Source: Podarcis bocagei
Taxonomy: Eukaryota
Direction: 5' to 3' (one strand)
NCBI GenBank assembly: GCA_964188305.1
Contig: OZ076896.1
DNA: 64,000 nt
Below the pieces are notes generated by a model. It was given only the letters and a program-made list of their open reading frames with translations. It was not told the DNA's origin and searched no databases. Below are positions 46,408 to 60,483 of this stretch, piece by piece. Numbering within the stretch: position 1 is the stretch's first letter; the number at the start of each line of letters is the position of its first letter. The position numbers and the translations under genes were made by a program.

Positions 46408-49400
46408 ATGTCTCTTTTTTTCTTCCTCTTTGATCACATCCCTGTCATTTTAGCAAACAACTTGCAGCCTTGCAAGCTTGTAAAGTCAAGCTATTTACTT
46501 GTTCGCTATTTAAATGCAACAAGATGCTCTCTGCTCATTAAAATGTTCTCGCTCTGCCTTCTTTTGCTGAGAGATCCGATTCCTTCCCATTTGCTTCCCC
46601 GATCCGTCCAAAACTACAAAAAAGGGGTAAAGGGGGGGGATGAGCAAGTTGGATAGCTAAGGATTTCCTGGGTTTCCCTTAATATAAATGCCCCCAGCCC
46701 CAGCTGAGCAACGACAGCGAGGAGTTACAGACCTCCCTGCTTTTGAGTTATTGGGGAGGAACTTACTGGAATGGCTTTGGGGCATTAGGAAAGCAAAGTT
46801 ATAGCCCAGTGCTCTTACTAATATTAAATACTATTACGGATCATGAGCCAGATTCATGGAAACGGATATTTAGATATCCACAACAGGGTTATTTGAGGGT
46901 TATTTTCCTCCCCTCAAATGAACCGCTGCCTTCTCTCTGCTAGCTTGTGGAGAACATAGTTCGCTTATTAAAAGGGTTCGCTCCAACGTCCGAGTCAAAT
47001 CATTCTGTTTTCAGGATCAACTTTGCCGGCAAGTTCACGAGGGAAACCTCGAACCCCTTTTTCGTCATCACGACCCCTTATCCGTGTTACGATGGAATAA
47101 ATGGAATCCCTTCTTCTCGACCCACCTGTAGTCGGTTCGGCTCACACACACGCGCACCACCGTTTTCACTGCTCTCTATAGAGCAGCTTCGTAGGGGGAA
47201 TTCTGTTTTCTCTGCTTGATCTTCATTTGCACCCACAAAAAGTCCAAGGAAAGGGTTCACTCGCTCCCCCCAACTAGCCAACCGGCCCTGGGTAGGCGGA
47301 GGGAGCCGCTTTCGTTTTTTGTAACAGGGAACCCCGAGGCAGAACGGTTAGGAATTAAACTTTCAGAGGAATAACCTGTTGCACGCTTCTGATTTGGGGA
47401 AAGTGAAGATCACCGTGGTATTTTATTTTTATTTTTTTAATTCGTGGTATCTTCTATCTAACCAGGATATTTTATAGCGTGGATACTGATAGTTTTCTGA
47501 TCAGTAGTCGAATTGATTCCAGACCATAATTCAGACATTGTTGTAGTGAGCAATGTTACTATAAACCAGTTTTGTATTATTGTTATTCTTATTCTTATTG
47601 ACAACTAATTGGCCGAGTGAAAGTTAGATGTCTGCATATTTAAGAGGGGGGAGGATTTGTGTTTCGAGGTAGCTCACCTTCGGTATTAAATATTTGCTCC
47701 TTTCTTTGATCTATATTAGGATATTAGGTTTCTCCGGAGCGTGAGCCTCACTGACTAACAAAAAATCCCTTTTGTCAATCCTGCATTAAACCTTCTCATC
47801 TCAGTTCTTACGAAATCCTCTTTCTTCTGGTAATTTTGCTTTGTGTCTCCCCCACCTCCATTATTCTGAACATACATATCCTGAACATATCCTGAACAAT
47901 TTAGCGAGTGCATGCCCGTGTTAGTAATCTTAAAAATATGGAATCTTAGAAAGGGGAAAGAGAAAAGGGACTAGAGATTGGGTGTCCAACATGAAAGCAT
48001 TTTCAATTATTTGCTCCTCAATTATTTTCCCCAGCTATGGCTTACCTTGTGATTATTTTCTTTTTTCTTATTCGTGACATGCGTTGAAAAATATTACACT
48101 CTCTCTCCTCCCCCCCCTTCTTACCTCTTGTAACCCTTCAAAGTCGTTTGAAATTACTTTTCTTGTCTTTTGGCCATTTGTCAACGTCAAAACTACCTGG
48201 GCTATCTAGTGAAATGAAAGTGTTTCGTGTATATCTTAGATATATGAAAGGGTTCCTCAATAGAGTTTTCTGGAAATCAATAGACACCCATTAATGTCCT
48301 AAGTGCCTACTGGGTATTTTTTGGGGGGGAAATAGTCAGCTCCTTGGGTATAATATCCTGGGATAAAGTTGCAGGATCCTCATTACAGTCCACTGGGATA
48401 GCGGAGTTTGACAAAGAACATTTTCAAGAGTAGTTACATTTAGGGAAGTTTTGAAAACATGGGGCTGCCACCAGATGCTGCTTCTGAGCTCTGTCTTGCT
48501 TCTGTCGCCTCTCTCCCACTGAATGATTGTGGATATATGCGTGTCATTTTCCTGTTTATCTATCTGTGCTCAAGCCAAAGTATTTTTTTTTTAATTTTAA
48601 CGTGCCACAGTATGTGAGTGTGAGTTTCTCTGTGTGTGAGCACACACGCACAAATACATATATCACACATTTATTCGCTAGCATCCTTGTAATAATGGGT
48701 TCGACTTTCAGCCCCTACAAGACAAACTTTATTCTGTTCAATGGAAATGAACCTCAGATGTGCAGATGAACTCTATACACTTATTGAGTAGAAGCTACAC
48801 TCCGGCCCACCTTATTAACGATTATAATTGTGGCTCCCTGCTCATCAGGACCGGCTCTCTGAAAGAGGTTTCTTTCTGCTACTCTCTACTTCCCTTCATA
48901 CCCGCACGATGCTTAAGCTGACGACCCCAGAGCGTTCAGAGGAGGAGGCACATATCCTAAGACTAGGCAAGGCAACTCAGCTTCTTTCTCCATGGGCAGT
49001 TCTGCCTGGCCCACAAAAGACGGGAAAGAGCCTTGCCTGCTTTAAAGCACTGCTCTTTAGAGATCAACTGCTGAAAGAGATACCTGTGCGCTTTGAATTG
49101 CTTTAGGGGAGGGAGGGAGAGAATCAGAGCGAGGTTCTGCCGGCGCTGCACCTAAAACCGGAATGTCCCAGAAAGGTAGAGGGATTCGTTCATGTTGGTG
49201 CAAGTGAAGCCGTAACAAGAGCCAAGCTCTGCAGCATTTAAGATTTCATTCTCAGCTTTCTACCTTGGAAAACGAGACCCGTTTGCTTAACTTAATCCGG
49301 AACATATGTTCGCAACTGTAGCGCCGTGTGTGTGTGTCTGTGTGTTTCTCTCTGTGTGTGGTTTGAAGTTGATCAAGTTGTAAATTTTCCGCCTTAGGTT

Positions 49401-50618
49401 TTCAGCGCCTCCTAGTTACAGCCTAACACTTTGAGATTTTACAAAGGCTCTAACTAAAGGGGAGAAAATGAAATAACAACCATGTAATTTATCGAATGTT
49501 GCGAGTCGCACCAAACCAGCCTATTTTTCTTCCCCTGTGGTAGTGATTGTTGTTAAAGACCTGCATTTCTGAGAAACTGAGCCAGAAAAGAGAATGCAAC
49601 AAAATGACTTCTGAAAAAGGAACGTCTTTAATATGCATCGCTGTTTTAACACTTAAGAATACGCTCTTCCTGTTTCTATAAACGTAACGATGATCACAAT
49701 AATAGTATTTGAAATCTGGAATTAATAATAAATTAAAAGTACTTTATACTCTAATACATGTACCTGTCAATACAAAACTTTCAGATTACTTTTTCTAAGG
49801 AGAGGTGTTTCCATATAATGAATCCCTAATCATATAATCAATAGAAACAACCGAGGCTTTTAAATTTCTAAACAGTTTTCTTACTTTAATGAAATGAATA
49901 AATTTAGAACACGGAAGGTAATTTTGCAGAATAAATTTAGACTGTAGGAGATACAGAAACAGACCCCCAGGCTTTACAAACCTTTAAAAAAAAGATAAAA
50001 AGAGAACGTACATTTGATTTTGTGGCATTTTCACTTTAAATCGCTCATAATTGTTTTGATCTATTCATGAAAGAGTGACAAGGAGGCTAACTTAATACGA
50101 CCAGTTTCTATTTCTGGTGAAGCTAGATCTCATGTGCGTATTTACATTGCCTGCAACTAATGAAAACATGTATCAAATCTCCGGGTTGTGTGTTGCTTTT
50201 TTTTATTAGGTTTCCCCAAATACAAATTAGCTACATTTTGGTCCAGCCACCAAAAAGGAGGGAAATCATTAAGTAGATTACAACATGATTACAACATGAA
50301 TTGGCAGAGAGTAAAGACGCCATAGTTCAGGTTTTGCTTGCAGGCTGCCTTTTATTTCAATCGGGATATTTATATGATGATTCTGTATGATTCTTAACAT
50401 TATTTAATAGCACTTTTTTTTTTTGCTGGAACTAAAGTGCGTTCCTCGCAGAACGAAGCGGGGGTAGGTAATCTGATTTATCTGGGGGAGGATATACGAA
50501 AAGGGGCCGTTTTAGCTCTGAATCGGAATGTATTGAGAGACACAGCGCCATCTAGCAAACAAACGGAGAATCAAAGGCGAGGAATCGGCGAGGCCCTTCG
50601 GGCAGTCATAGAAAAAGA

Positions 50619-50627
50619 GGGGGGGGG

Positions 50628-50685
<58 letters not shown>
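50619..50685. repeat. poly-G plus (GA)n microsatellite
   Basis: Direct observation. Confidence 0.96.
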
Positions 50686-50688
<3 letters not shown>

Positions 50689-52584
50689 AGCAGGAAACTT
50701 ACACTGCCTCGTCAGTTTCACCTGAGCAGAGCTCCCCCCTCCCCCCCAGCAGACAATCCGCACTCCGTTCAGTGTTTCGCAGGGCTCTGCCCTTTCCCTC
50801 CCTGCTTCTGAAAGAGCAACTCGGCTCCGTGTCGTTTGCGCTTCGCTTCTGAGTATTAGGACAGGCAGGTTTCCCTTAATCAAGGTCAGATATTACTAGC
50901 ACTATCTGGTCCCTGGGATGTATACAACCGAGGTACAGTACACGCACCTGCCAGGCGCTTAATAACTTTTTCTCTGCTCGTTATCTCCAGCTCTCGTTTT
51001 TAGGGATGGGGAAAGAGTGAGAGAAGTCAATTGAGCAGCACAGAAAGGACAAAAGTCACCAGGTCCCCTGACTGTTCTATCCTTGCATCTCCACTACACC
51101 CCAGTATAGCCAAGGTGGTTGGTGGCTGTTTGCTTGCTTTGCTGGTCCGGTGAAATGCAGGCGTTTAAACGCTCCGTGAAATAGATGTAATATATTTTCA
51201 CAAACTTAAGATGCCAGGCGGTGGCCACGTCGCTCAAGGGAAGCAACGCCCTTCCTTTCGAAGGACTACAAAACAAAGGCAGGGCATATTCCATTCTCGT
51301 AATCTTTGCTGTTCGATTAATCTTCTGTGGCTTTCTTTTTTTTAAAAAAAAAAGGATGGTGGAGGGAGAGGAAAGGGTGTGTGGGGGGGGGGGAGCAGAG
51401 AGAATAAACCAAATAATCCACCTCTGGGTATTTGCAAGCCATGTTTACATTAGTTCTGCAAAATTAAACAAAGACACCAAATGACTGTGAGGAAGAGAAA
51501 TTGTTGCCACTCTGCAAGCGCGCGGAAGGCTCTCTAATAAAGGGAGAGTCATTATCGAGGCTTCGTGGAAATCGTCGCGGGTTAGGAAGAGGCGACTAAG
51601 ACAAATAAGGCGCACCTTTGCCTTCACAGCTCTTTATTGCCACCTGCTCGAGGAATGTTCCTGCGGAGTATCAGAAGCCCAAATGTCACCCGTCGCTCTT
51701 GTGCTGTTGTTGTGAAGTGTCTGGGCTGTGAAAGATTGTCTCCAGATGCGCCCACCCTTCAGAACAGGCTTCTGGCGCCCACTCGCCTTTCAACTGGCCA
51801 AGCATCTTTCGACATTCCCCTTTTAGAAGCCCAATATTCAACATCTCAGCTAACCTTGCATCCTTCCCAAAAAAACCTCCCCACCCACCTCTCCCGGCCA
51901 TTCAGATCCTTGAGATTAACATGGCTTGAAACTAACAGGGGTCTCAGAACGTGTCCGTCGTAACAACCACAAGGGTCCGATCCACCAGCTCTAGTGTTTG
52001 CTTGCCTAACTCCCTGAAGGAAAAAGAGGGGGGTCTTCCCCCTTCCTCCTCTAATTTCTTTTTTTCCCTAGGTCTGAGCTTTCCGTTCTGTGAGATCCGT
52101 GGGAAATACGGGGCAGAATGGTGGCCACTGAAATCAGCTCTGTCTCCTTCGGGCTCTGTCCAGCTCTTGAAGTTCACTGGAAAGAAGGAGAACTATATTG
52201 GGGGAGCGGGGGTGTGTAGGGCAGGGAGAAGGCTGCTCTCTTTGGGTGGTTTCATCTCTATCGCCTGTTCTCGTCCAGATTTTCTTACCCATGAAACCTG
52301 CTCCGTGGTTGGGTTCCCCAGCTGTTTAAATGAACATTGATTTATTGCGTTTAAAAGTAAATTTACACACACGCCAACATCATTCCGTTTTGTTTCCCCA
52401 GACCCTAAGATTTATTTTCTGCTTAGCGCTTGTCTGACAAAACAATGTCCTTTAACTTTATTACACATCGATGAGGAAATCTGTCTTATTTCCCCCCTGC
52501 TTGGATTTATTGCTCTTGTTACCTGGTTTGTTGAGGAAGGGATGGGTGGAGAGAAGCCTGTGGAAAGCGGGGAAATTACGGGGG

Positions 52585-52586
52585 GA

Positions 52587-52654
<68 letters not shown>

Positions 52655-52656
52655 AG
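52585..52656. repeat. (GAAA)n microsatellite
   Basis: Direct observation. Confidence 0.97.
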
Positions 52657-53359
52657 GCTGACTTGAAGAAATATAGGCGCACCTCGCAGGTCCCGGGCTT
52701 TGGGAAAAGGGAGCAGGGCGGAAGAGCAGGAAAATACTAATTTTCACAAATTAGAATGTTCGAGTGATTTGTTTTAAGAAACACAAAGCTCCCTTCATCT
52801 GCTAGAAGGCCTGATGCTCTTTGCACAAACTCTTTTGCAACAGATCCATTACTGAGAAGCAAAAATATAATACAACAAAACAAACAAAGCAAAATAAAAA
52901 ATAATCCTACCACTCTGACTTACCTCTGCGCAGTAAAGTCCCAATTACCCAGCCTATGGGATGGTTGCTCTCAGGGGATTGAGCTGCACTTTGAAACAGT
53001 CTTTACGGTACACTTCATCTACGTTTTTGTTGTCTTTAGTTCTCATTAAAAGGCCACTTTATTCTTTTCACTGATATACTGTCTGTGTTCTTCATTTCAC
53101 ACTCTTGAAAGCAAAGTTCTTACAACTTATCAGGGAAGAAGGGCTCCGAGGCTCTTTGGGGTGGGGTGGGGATGAAGCTAGAGGGGATGAGAAAGAGAGG
53201 CAGGAGAGGGAAATCCGTGGACAGGAATTTTAAAGAATTTTTTTGAGCACACACAGAGAGAGGCAAACAAGAGAGGTTGCTGAGGCAATGTGCTATTTCA
53301 GGGGTGTTGGTGGAAAAATTGAAAAGGGCTATCGGGCAGTCATACAGCGTTAGCCAGAC

Positions 53360-53361
<2 letters not shown>

Positions 53362-53414
<53 letters not shown>
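53362..53414. repeat. (TG)n microsatellite
   Basis: Direct observation. Confidence 0.97.
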
Positions 53415-53416
<2 letters not shown>

Positions 53417-53771
53417 CCTGGCCTTATTCCGACTCCCCTACTCCCCCCCCCAACCTGATTTATCACAGAGGCGTCTAATAATCACTTTGGAGATGTCAAC
53501 TGAGGACTGTCCCTTTGCAAGGCGAAAGTGAAGGTGTAAGGAAGGGTGGGGGTTGCTATCCTCATCAGTCGGAGCAATTCTTTGTAGAGAGTCTCCCATA
53601 AATGCACTACCTTTCAGGCCAGACCCCCCCCCCCCGGGCTCCGAGAGCCGCTCCACCCGCCTTTCCCACTTGTTGTCCAGACCGGCGAAAGAAACCCAAA
53701 GCGTTTATTTGGAAGAATCTCTTACCGAGCCAGAAAGAGGGTAGTAGGGTCAATCAGCTACATCGGTCTAA

Positions 53772-53805
53772 ATCGATTTCGAATCAATATCGATCTCGAA
53801 TCGAT
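53772..53805. promoter_or_regulatory. Cluster of CUT-homeodomain (ONECUT/CUX) type ATCRAT motifs
   Basis: ATCGAT at 53772, 53789 and 53800; ATCAAT at 53783. Confidence 0.45.
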
Positions 53806-56800
53806 AAGACCTTTTTCCCATACGCGCGTGCGTGTGCCCAGATAGCGTATACACGGCTCTAAGAATGCACCCAGGATCCGACCCGAAGTGGAGCCAGAGA
53901 AGAAAAGGGGGCAAGGCTCTTGAGCATCCCTCTATTCACATTAGCAGCATTTCTTCCTGCTTGCCCTTTGAATGGGGCCGTGTCACTCAGAGAACTAAGG
54001 GCCATTTCTTTAATCTCTCTCCTCTGCCCTCACAGATCGACAGCCTTCCTCCCCACTCCCTGCTCCCTGCTCCCCCCATGCCCCCCTCCCTTCAGGGCAC
54101 AAGATCCCCGTCCAGCTAGGCTCAGGCCGTCGCCGCTGCCTTCAGTGGAAGATCATAAGCCGGGCTACGTCCCCTGGTCTCCGACGGGATAGACCCCGGG
54201 GCTCCTGGAGAGCCGTGCGGCCCCCTGGGCACCCCCACCCCCCACTGGAGCCATGCCCTAGAGAAATGGAGGGTCTAGGTTTGGTGATGAATTAGTCTTT
54301 TGGGGAGTGGGATGGTTTTTCTTAATTCAATCTGGCATCCTAAAGAAAGGCTGGAATGCCCCAGTATACCTAGTTGTGGATTAGAAAACTGCATGGAGAC
54401 GTTTTCAAATCGAACCGACGTTCTATGGATTCGAATTAGGATGGATCTTTTCTCCCCCCCCCTTTTTAATCTACCCAGTTATGCCACAGTGGTGGACCAG
54501 AGGGAATTAAGCCCTCTTCAAGTCCAAAGGCCTGGATTCCTCTTCGAGGAGGCTCGGGCTACAGATGCCTCAGGGGCGCTCAACCAGCTTCATAGCAGCC
54601 AGCAAAGACTACGAACTAGCTGCTGCCATACGTGTGCGCGCGCGTGTGCTGGGGGTATTTTTAGAGTTGGAGTAGCCACTCCACCAGGCAAACGGAGAAA
54701 TGGTTCAAGGCGAGATCTCTACTGCTGCCCTCCTTTACTCACAAGCAAGCCCGCCCGCCTGCCTCAAATTTCATGAGGCTTAATCCCAAGGAACCGTGCA
54801 CAGGCGGCCTGTATTCAAGGGAGAGCCATTTTGCAAGGGGCACCCGCGGTACTGCTCTGGCATGATGCGCGACACCAGCTGCCTCCTCATCCCAGCCATC
54901 TCCGATCCAAATGCACACGTTCTTTCAAAGCGGATGGAGAGAAATACATAACCGGGTTGAGGGTGCATGCCTTACACCGCCGCCGCCAATAAGCCAGGGG
55001 CCTGTTTCTCTCTCTCTCTGCCCTCCGAGGTACTATTGAGAGAAGGTCAGCCCCCCCCTGCTCGATCCTCGCCCAGATTAAGCCGCAGTAGTTCCCTGCC
55101 AGCTGATTTCCCACCCCACTCAGAGACACCTCTGACTTAACTCAGGGATTTGTGAGAAATGTAAATAAAAGGGCATCGGACTGGGATGTCAGGCGCCCTG
55201 GGCTCCCGGAAATTCGAGTGGATAGCAGATTGAATAAATGCCGGCATTACCGAATTGTGGGCAGGTTTGGGGGGGAAAGGTGAGAGGAACGATCTGAGGG
55301 TGGGGGCAAACGGTCGATTCACCCACAGAATCCGACATGTTATTTTCTCTTTGCAGCAATAATAAATAGGCACTAATGAACCGAGGTACTAACTGTGTCC
55401 CCTAAGAGGGCGAAGCTCCAGGCGCAAAGATGACTGCCCGTTGCAAATGGTGAACAAACACGCGCGCGCACACGCACACGCACACGCACACACACACAGA
55501 CCACTAACTTGGGACCCGCTTTCTAGCGGCCCCTTCCCAAGGAAAGGCGAGGGCAGCCGAGAATGTGGGTGAATAAAACGCCAGTTAAAACGCTATTAAA
55601 CAGCGCAGAAGGTGCAAAGCTCGCGCCTCGTTCCGCCTTGATATGCAATTAAATTACAGCAAATTCCTCTTTAAATAATATCGTTTGGAATCCTTCGCTA
55701 AGATTCAAGGATGTCTGAGGTTAAGTAGCTTTTAAAACGTCAGTTCTAAATGGCTTATGCAATGAATAGCTACCTTTAAATCCTAACACCATTATAAATA
55801 CTCTATACATGTGGATGTCAGTTTATCTCTACATATTTCTTCTTCAAATGAGGAAAGCATTCATGATCATCATAATAAAAAAGCTCCTTGACATATTTGA
55901 GTTTAGAAAAGCAGATGTTAATTCCACCCTCCCTTCTCCCCACATCTTGTTTTATGACCAACTCTGTTGGAAAGGAGCCAACGGCGCCCTGCGCTTTGCT
56001 CAGTGACTAGTAGCCCGGGCGCATTAGAGCCTTCGCAGCACAAGCCGAGACTCGAGCCATAAAAAAACCCCACACATCTGGGTTTCTTTTCCTTTTTTTC
56101 CGTAACAACAACAAAATTAAATTAGGGAAAGAGTTGCAATACAAATGGGAGGAGGGGGAAAGGGTTTTGGGGACTTGGGGATGGATGCAGAAAGAGAACA
56201 CACCTGCAGCCGCGCCGGAAAAAGAAACGGCCTGTGGATATTTTTCAAGATAGAAAGAGCCTTTCTGGGGGCCTGGCCAAACAGGCGTGTATTTTCAGTG
56301 AAATAAGTAAAAAATAATAATAAAATAAGAGGAGGTGCCAAATATGATTGCCAGCTCCCCACAGACACAGAGAAAACAGTGTTCTAGGACACTCCCCCCT
56401 GTTTTAGGGGGAGGGATACCTCCCCCCAAAAAACCAATGGAAGAGATTCCTGGACAAGAAATGCTTTACTTCAGAGCACCCCTCTTTTTAGCTGTTTTCA
56501 CATTCCCATTCTCTCCAGGCAGCCTCCCTTCCCTTCCAAGCTGAGGGATCAAGTCTGAGGGTTCCCATCGTTTTCTCGCTCCCTCCCCCGCTCCTCTTTT
56601 CGCCCCATTAACTAATATGTTTGAGAAAGGTTCTTGTTTGCCCTGAGTTACACGGGGAGCAGAAGACATGGGAGGGCTTGAGACAGCGACGGCACCGCCA
56701 CACAAACCCGGAGCCGAGCTTTCCCTGGCATCACAATTAACTGTATGCAATATTTATCATTCGACAATGTTTGCCATCAGGAAACACCAAACGTAAAATC

Positions 56801-57379
56801 GGTGGAAGTTTAATAAACAGACACCCAGAGATTGATCAAATAGAATGAATAAACATGCCTGGATTTTTTTTTATGCGCACGTCTGTGCTTCTGACTATTA
56901 GGCGATAATCCTGAGTGAGAAATAAATGCCATTGGAGTCCGCGGAGGAGGGGCGGGCCGGGAGGGGAGGGGAGGCGGGGGCTCTCTAGCCAGCCAGTTCG
57001 CCTCCTACTGAAGTTAATTCCCATCGGTCCAAGTTCCCTGCGGCTTGGAAAGGTTAGGACTGCACCCTTAGATCCCCGGGGACGCATCCAGATTCCTTGT
57101 CCGACATATCCCCACACCCCATGTGGAAGGAGCTATGAGAAAGGGCCACGGTGCCTCCCTTAAGAAACTGTGGCCAGGGATGGTTTTAAATATATATGTC
57201 TCTTTATGGTTCAAAACTGGGGGGGGACCATGGTCGTCTGTCAAAATGGTAGTCAAAAGTCTGGTGTGATTGTTACAAAAATAAGAACGGGACTCTCTTT
57301 CTATTTCTCTTTCTCTCTCTCTTTCTCTCTCTGTCCTTTTCCTCCCCGCTCCCCTCTTTTTTTCCCTTTTTAAATGCAG

Positions 57380-57810
57380 GATCTCGCCGGCTGGGGCAAC
57401 ACAATGGCAAGCCATCTGGTGCTCAAGAGAAGCGGTGGAGACGGCAGCGAACGGAGCCATCCGCAGCTTCCTAGAAGCGCACGGGGCCTGCAGGCTCCCC
57501 CCTCCCTTTGGCTCCCCGGCCTATAGCTAAACTTGGACGATGGTCTGTGGCTGGTGATCTCGGGACCCGCCAAGCAAGCAAGTCGCCCCGGAGCAGCCCG
57601 AGGACCCTCTCCACGCGCGCCAAGCGCCGCTTCGCCTCCTGCTGCTGGGAGGTGGTCCCAAGCGCAGGAGCGAGCAGGGAAGTGCTCCACCCCCTTCCCC
57701 TGGTCGCGGAGCGGATAGGTCGGGGCCCGGGTGACGTCACTCCCCATCGCGCAGGAGAGGAACCGGGAGCGCGGGGGAGGGCGCGGGGGAGGCGGAGAGA
57801 GAAGCTTCTT
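57380..57810. promoter_or_regulatory. CpG island with full palindromic CRE (TGACGTCA 57732-57739)
   Basis: High CpG density; CRE seen directly. Confidence 0.7.
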
Positions 57811-59499
57811 GCCTGCTGGGCTCTACAGTTGGGAAGTTTTGCTTGGGACAGCAGCAGCAGCAAGAGTAACAACTCAATAATAATAATAATAATCGGAAAT
57901 TAGCCCTTTGCGCTTATCTCTCCGTTTCCTCCATCCTTGTTTAAGCTGGGATATCTATTAACCCCCCCCCCACTGCAATGCTTGGCTCGATTTAAGAGCA
58001 CGCGGCAAAAAGGAGGGAAAACAGGTGGTGGGGATGGGGGGGGGGAGAGAGAAAATGTATTAAACAAACCCTTCCGGGTGAACCTGACCCACGCAGAGAC
58101 CTGTAGCAGATGACCTGCATCTCTCTCTCCCTCTCTCTTGCGCACAGGAGGGTTCTCATCTGACTTGTCACCGCATCTCTAGCCCTCAGCGCCTTCCTTT
58201 GGCCCCATATTTCTGTCAGAAGGGTCGCTGGTGTCAGACCCGCCTCCTTCCCCACTTGGCCCTCCTCCGTCTTGCAAAGCATCCCCCTGAGCTGAGGGTG
58301 TGCGGCCCTAGCTGGCTCTCAAATCGCTCACAGCCAGGACCACCCCCCCCCACCCGCCCCAGCCACCCCTGATCAGTATCCCATTAACCACTTACTTTGA
58401 AAGCGGAGTCTTTCCTTCGGCTGTTCCTTCTTCTCTTCCTTTCCCCGAGCACTGCCTCCCCAGGCCACTCAGCCTGGGCTGCAAAGGATTGCTCGGGTAG
58501 TCATAGGCCAATCATAGCGATCAGAAGAGAAATAAAACTTTCTCTCTCCTTCATTTGCCCTCTCTCTCCCTGCCCCCTCCCTTCTTTTTCCCAGGCTCCG
58601 CTGTCCTTTGGCACCTTCTGCAAGAAGGAGGGCTGCAGTCCCATCCCATCCCCTGGAGAGCGTCTTCCTGGGGACGCGTCTGCTGGCCTCCCTGCTGAGG
58701 GAGCCGCGCGCTTCTGCTGCTGCCGCGCTTGGGAGCAGGGAGCCCGGCCTCGGAGCGAAGTGCAGATTGAGACATATCGGGATCCCTATAAAAGGGTCAT
58801 TTCGCGAGGGAGGCTGGACACAAAGTTTGGACTCGTGACTGGCATTCCTGAGAGGCCTGCATATTTTAAAAACAACAAAGCGAGCCCCCAAAGAAGGGAT
58901 TGCGGGGGGGGGGGGGCGAGAGAGCGAGAGAAGAGGGGAAATAGTGCGGGGGGGGGACTGGGAGAGAAGTTACTAAGTGACAAACATCTGTCAACATGAG
59001 CTAATTTGTAAGCTTTTGCTGCGAGGAGAAACTGACTAGTTTTGTGAGGGTCTGTGTTGGTCGATGCAGGGATCTTTGTCTCTAACCTCCCGCCCCCTAC
59101 CCCTCCCACCCCGCTTTTATGTGAGTGTTTAATCCTAGAAAGTTCCTAAAATGGATCTAAGACCAAACCAAACGGGGAAGTTTGACCTGAAAGGTCTTTC
59201 TGGCCTTCGGATTAAAGCCCCCTCTCCCCTCTCCACCCTAGGCCACCGTCCTCCTCTCAGCCGCTCCCCTTTCTTAGCTCTTTATAAACCGTTTCGAGAT
59301 GGGGGGGGGATATAAACGTGTCTCAATGGCACAGCGACAAAGGCCAAAAGAAACACCAGTGACATGAGCTGCTGTTGCGCCCCCCCCCCCAGCCCCCAGC
59401 CCACCGCAACCTTCTTAACAATAAGGTTTTATCTTGCAGCGAAAGAATAAGATCCTCCTCTTTCCTCTCTTGGAATACGATCACATTAAAAGCTTCAAA

Positions 59500-59790
59500 A
59501 AGAGAGACAGAGGGGGAGAAAGGCCGGTGTGCGATGCGGAGACGTCCTCTCGGGCCGCATACGCGTCAGGAAAGTCGCAGCAAGTTAACTTTCCCAGCCT
59601 TTGGCGCAGATCTGGAAAGCAGGCGCAGGCTGGGCAGAGGCGGGGGAAGCTGGCGCAAGCGGGGAGGCGAAGGAGCGGGGGCGGGTCTGATGCTGAGGCG
59701 ATTTGACTGGACTGGGTGGGATCCTCGGCAGCCCCAGGATCAGGGGGCCGTTTAGTGTGTGCGGGGCCCGCGGAGAAGCCTGTTTCTCTC
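59500..59790. promoter_or_regulatory. CpG-rich island with GC boxes
   Basis: Multiple ggcggg motifs; high CpG density. Confidence 0.55.
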
Positions 59791-59935
59791 CTAGACAGCT
59801 GAAGACAAAAGGAGAGGAGGCCTAGTGGTGAGCTGGATATCTCTGTTAGTTGTCAGCTCAGGTCCAGGGGCAGGCGAGGAATGCTAATCAGCCATTGCAG
59901 AGGGGCTGAAGGCTGCAGATCTCTCGCATAGTCAC

Positions 59936-59939
<4 letters not shown>

Positions 59940-59997
<58 letters not shown>
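59940..59997. repeat. (CT)n microsatellite
   Basis: Direct observation. Confidence 0.97.
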
Positions 59998-59999
<2 letters not shown>

Positions 60000-60422
60000 G
60001 TTGTTTCGCTCTCACTCCCAGGGCACTTGCTTGGTTTTTTGCACTCACGTCCACCAGCTACACACCCATCCCTGGATCTTTATGTACTCAAGAACACAAT
60101 CCTTAAACATACACAACATGCGCACATACAATGCTACTCAGGCTTTATTCCTCGTTCCTCTCCCCCTGGGGTGACATAGGAAAGGTTTGCGTGGAAGCAG
60201 TCTGAGTGCCACTCCACCAAACGGCTCGCGTCGGCTGGAATCCCAAGGGTTTTCCTCTAACTGGTTATGACTGTTCCAGACAGGGTGGCTCTTTGGGCTC
60301 CACCGGCGAGACCGAATCACAAATTACCATGTTGTAATTGTTCACTCCTCCATAGCTACCGAGCTTCGGTCTTTTTTTGCTCTGACACAGAGGGGGGGGG
60401 GGGGAGGAAGAGAAAGAAAGAA

Positions 60423-60424
<2 letters not shown>

Positions 60425-60482
<58 letters not shown>
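60425..60482. repeat. (GA)n microsatellite
   Basis: Direct observation. Confidence 0.97.

Positions 60483-60483
<1 letters not shown>

Noticed and set aside
35750-50560. CTCF-like motifs at ~35750-35768 and ~50543-50560
   Set aside because: Both miss the 5' CC of the core consensus; too weak without a PWM scan or ChIP data.
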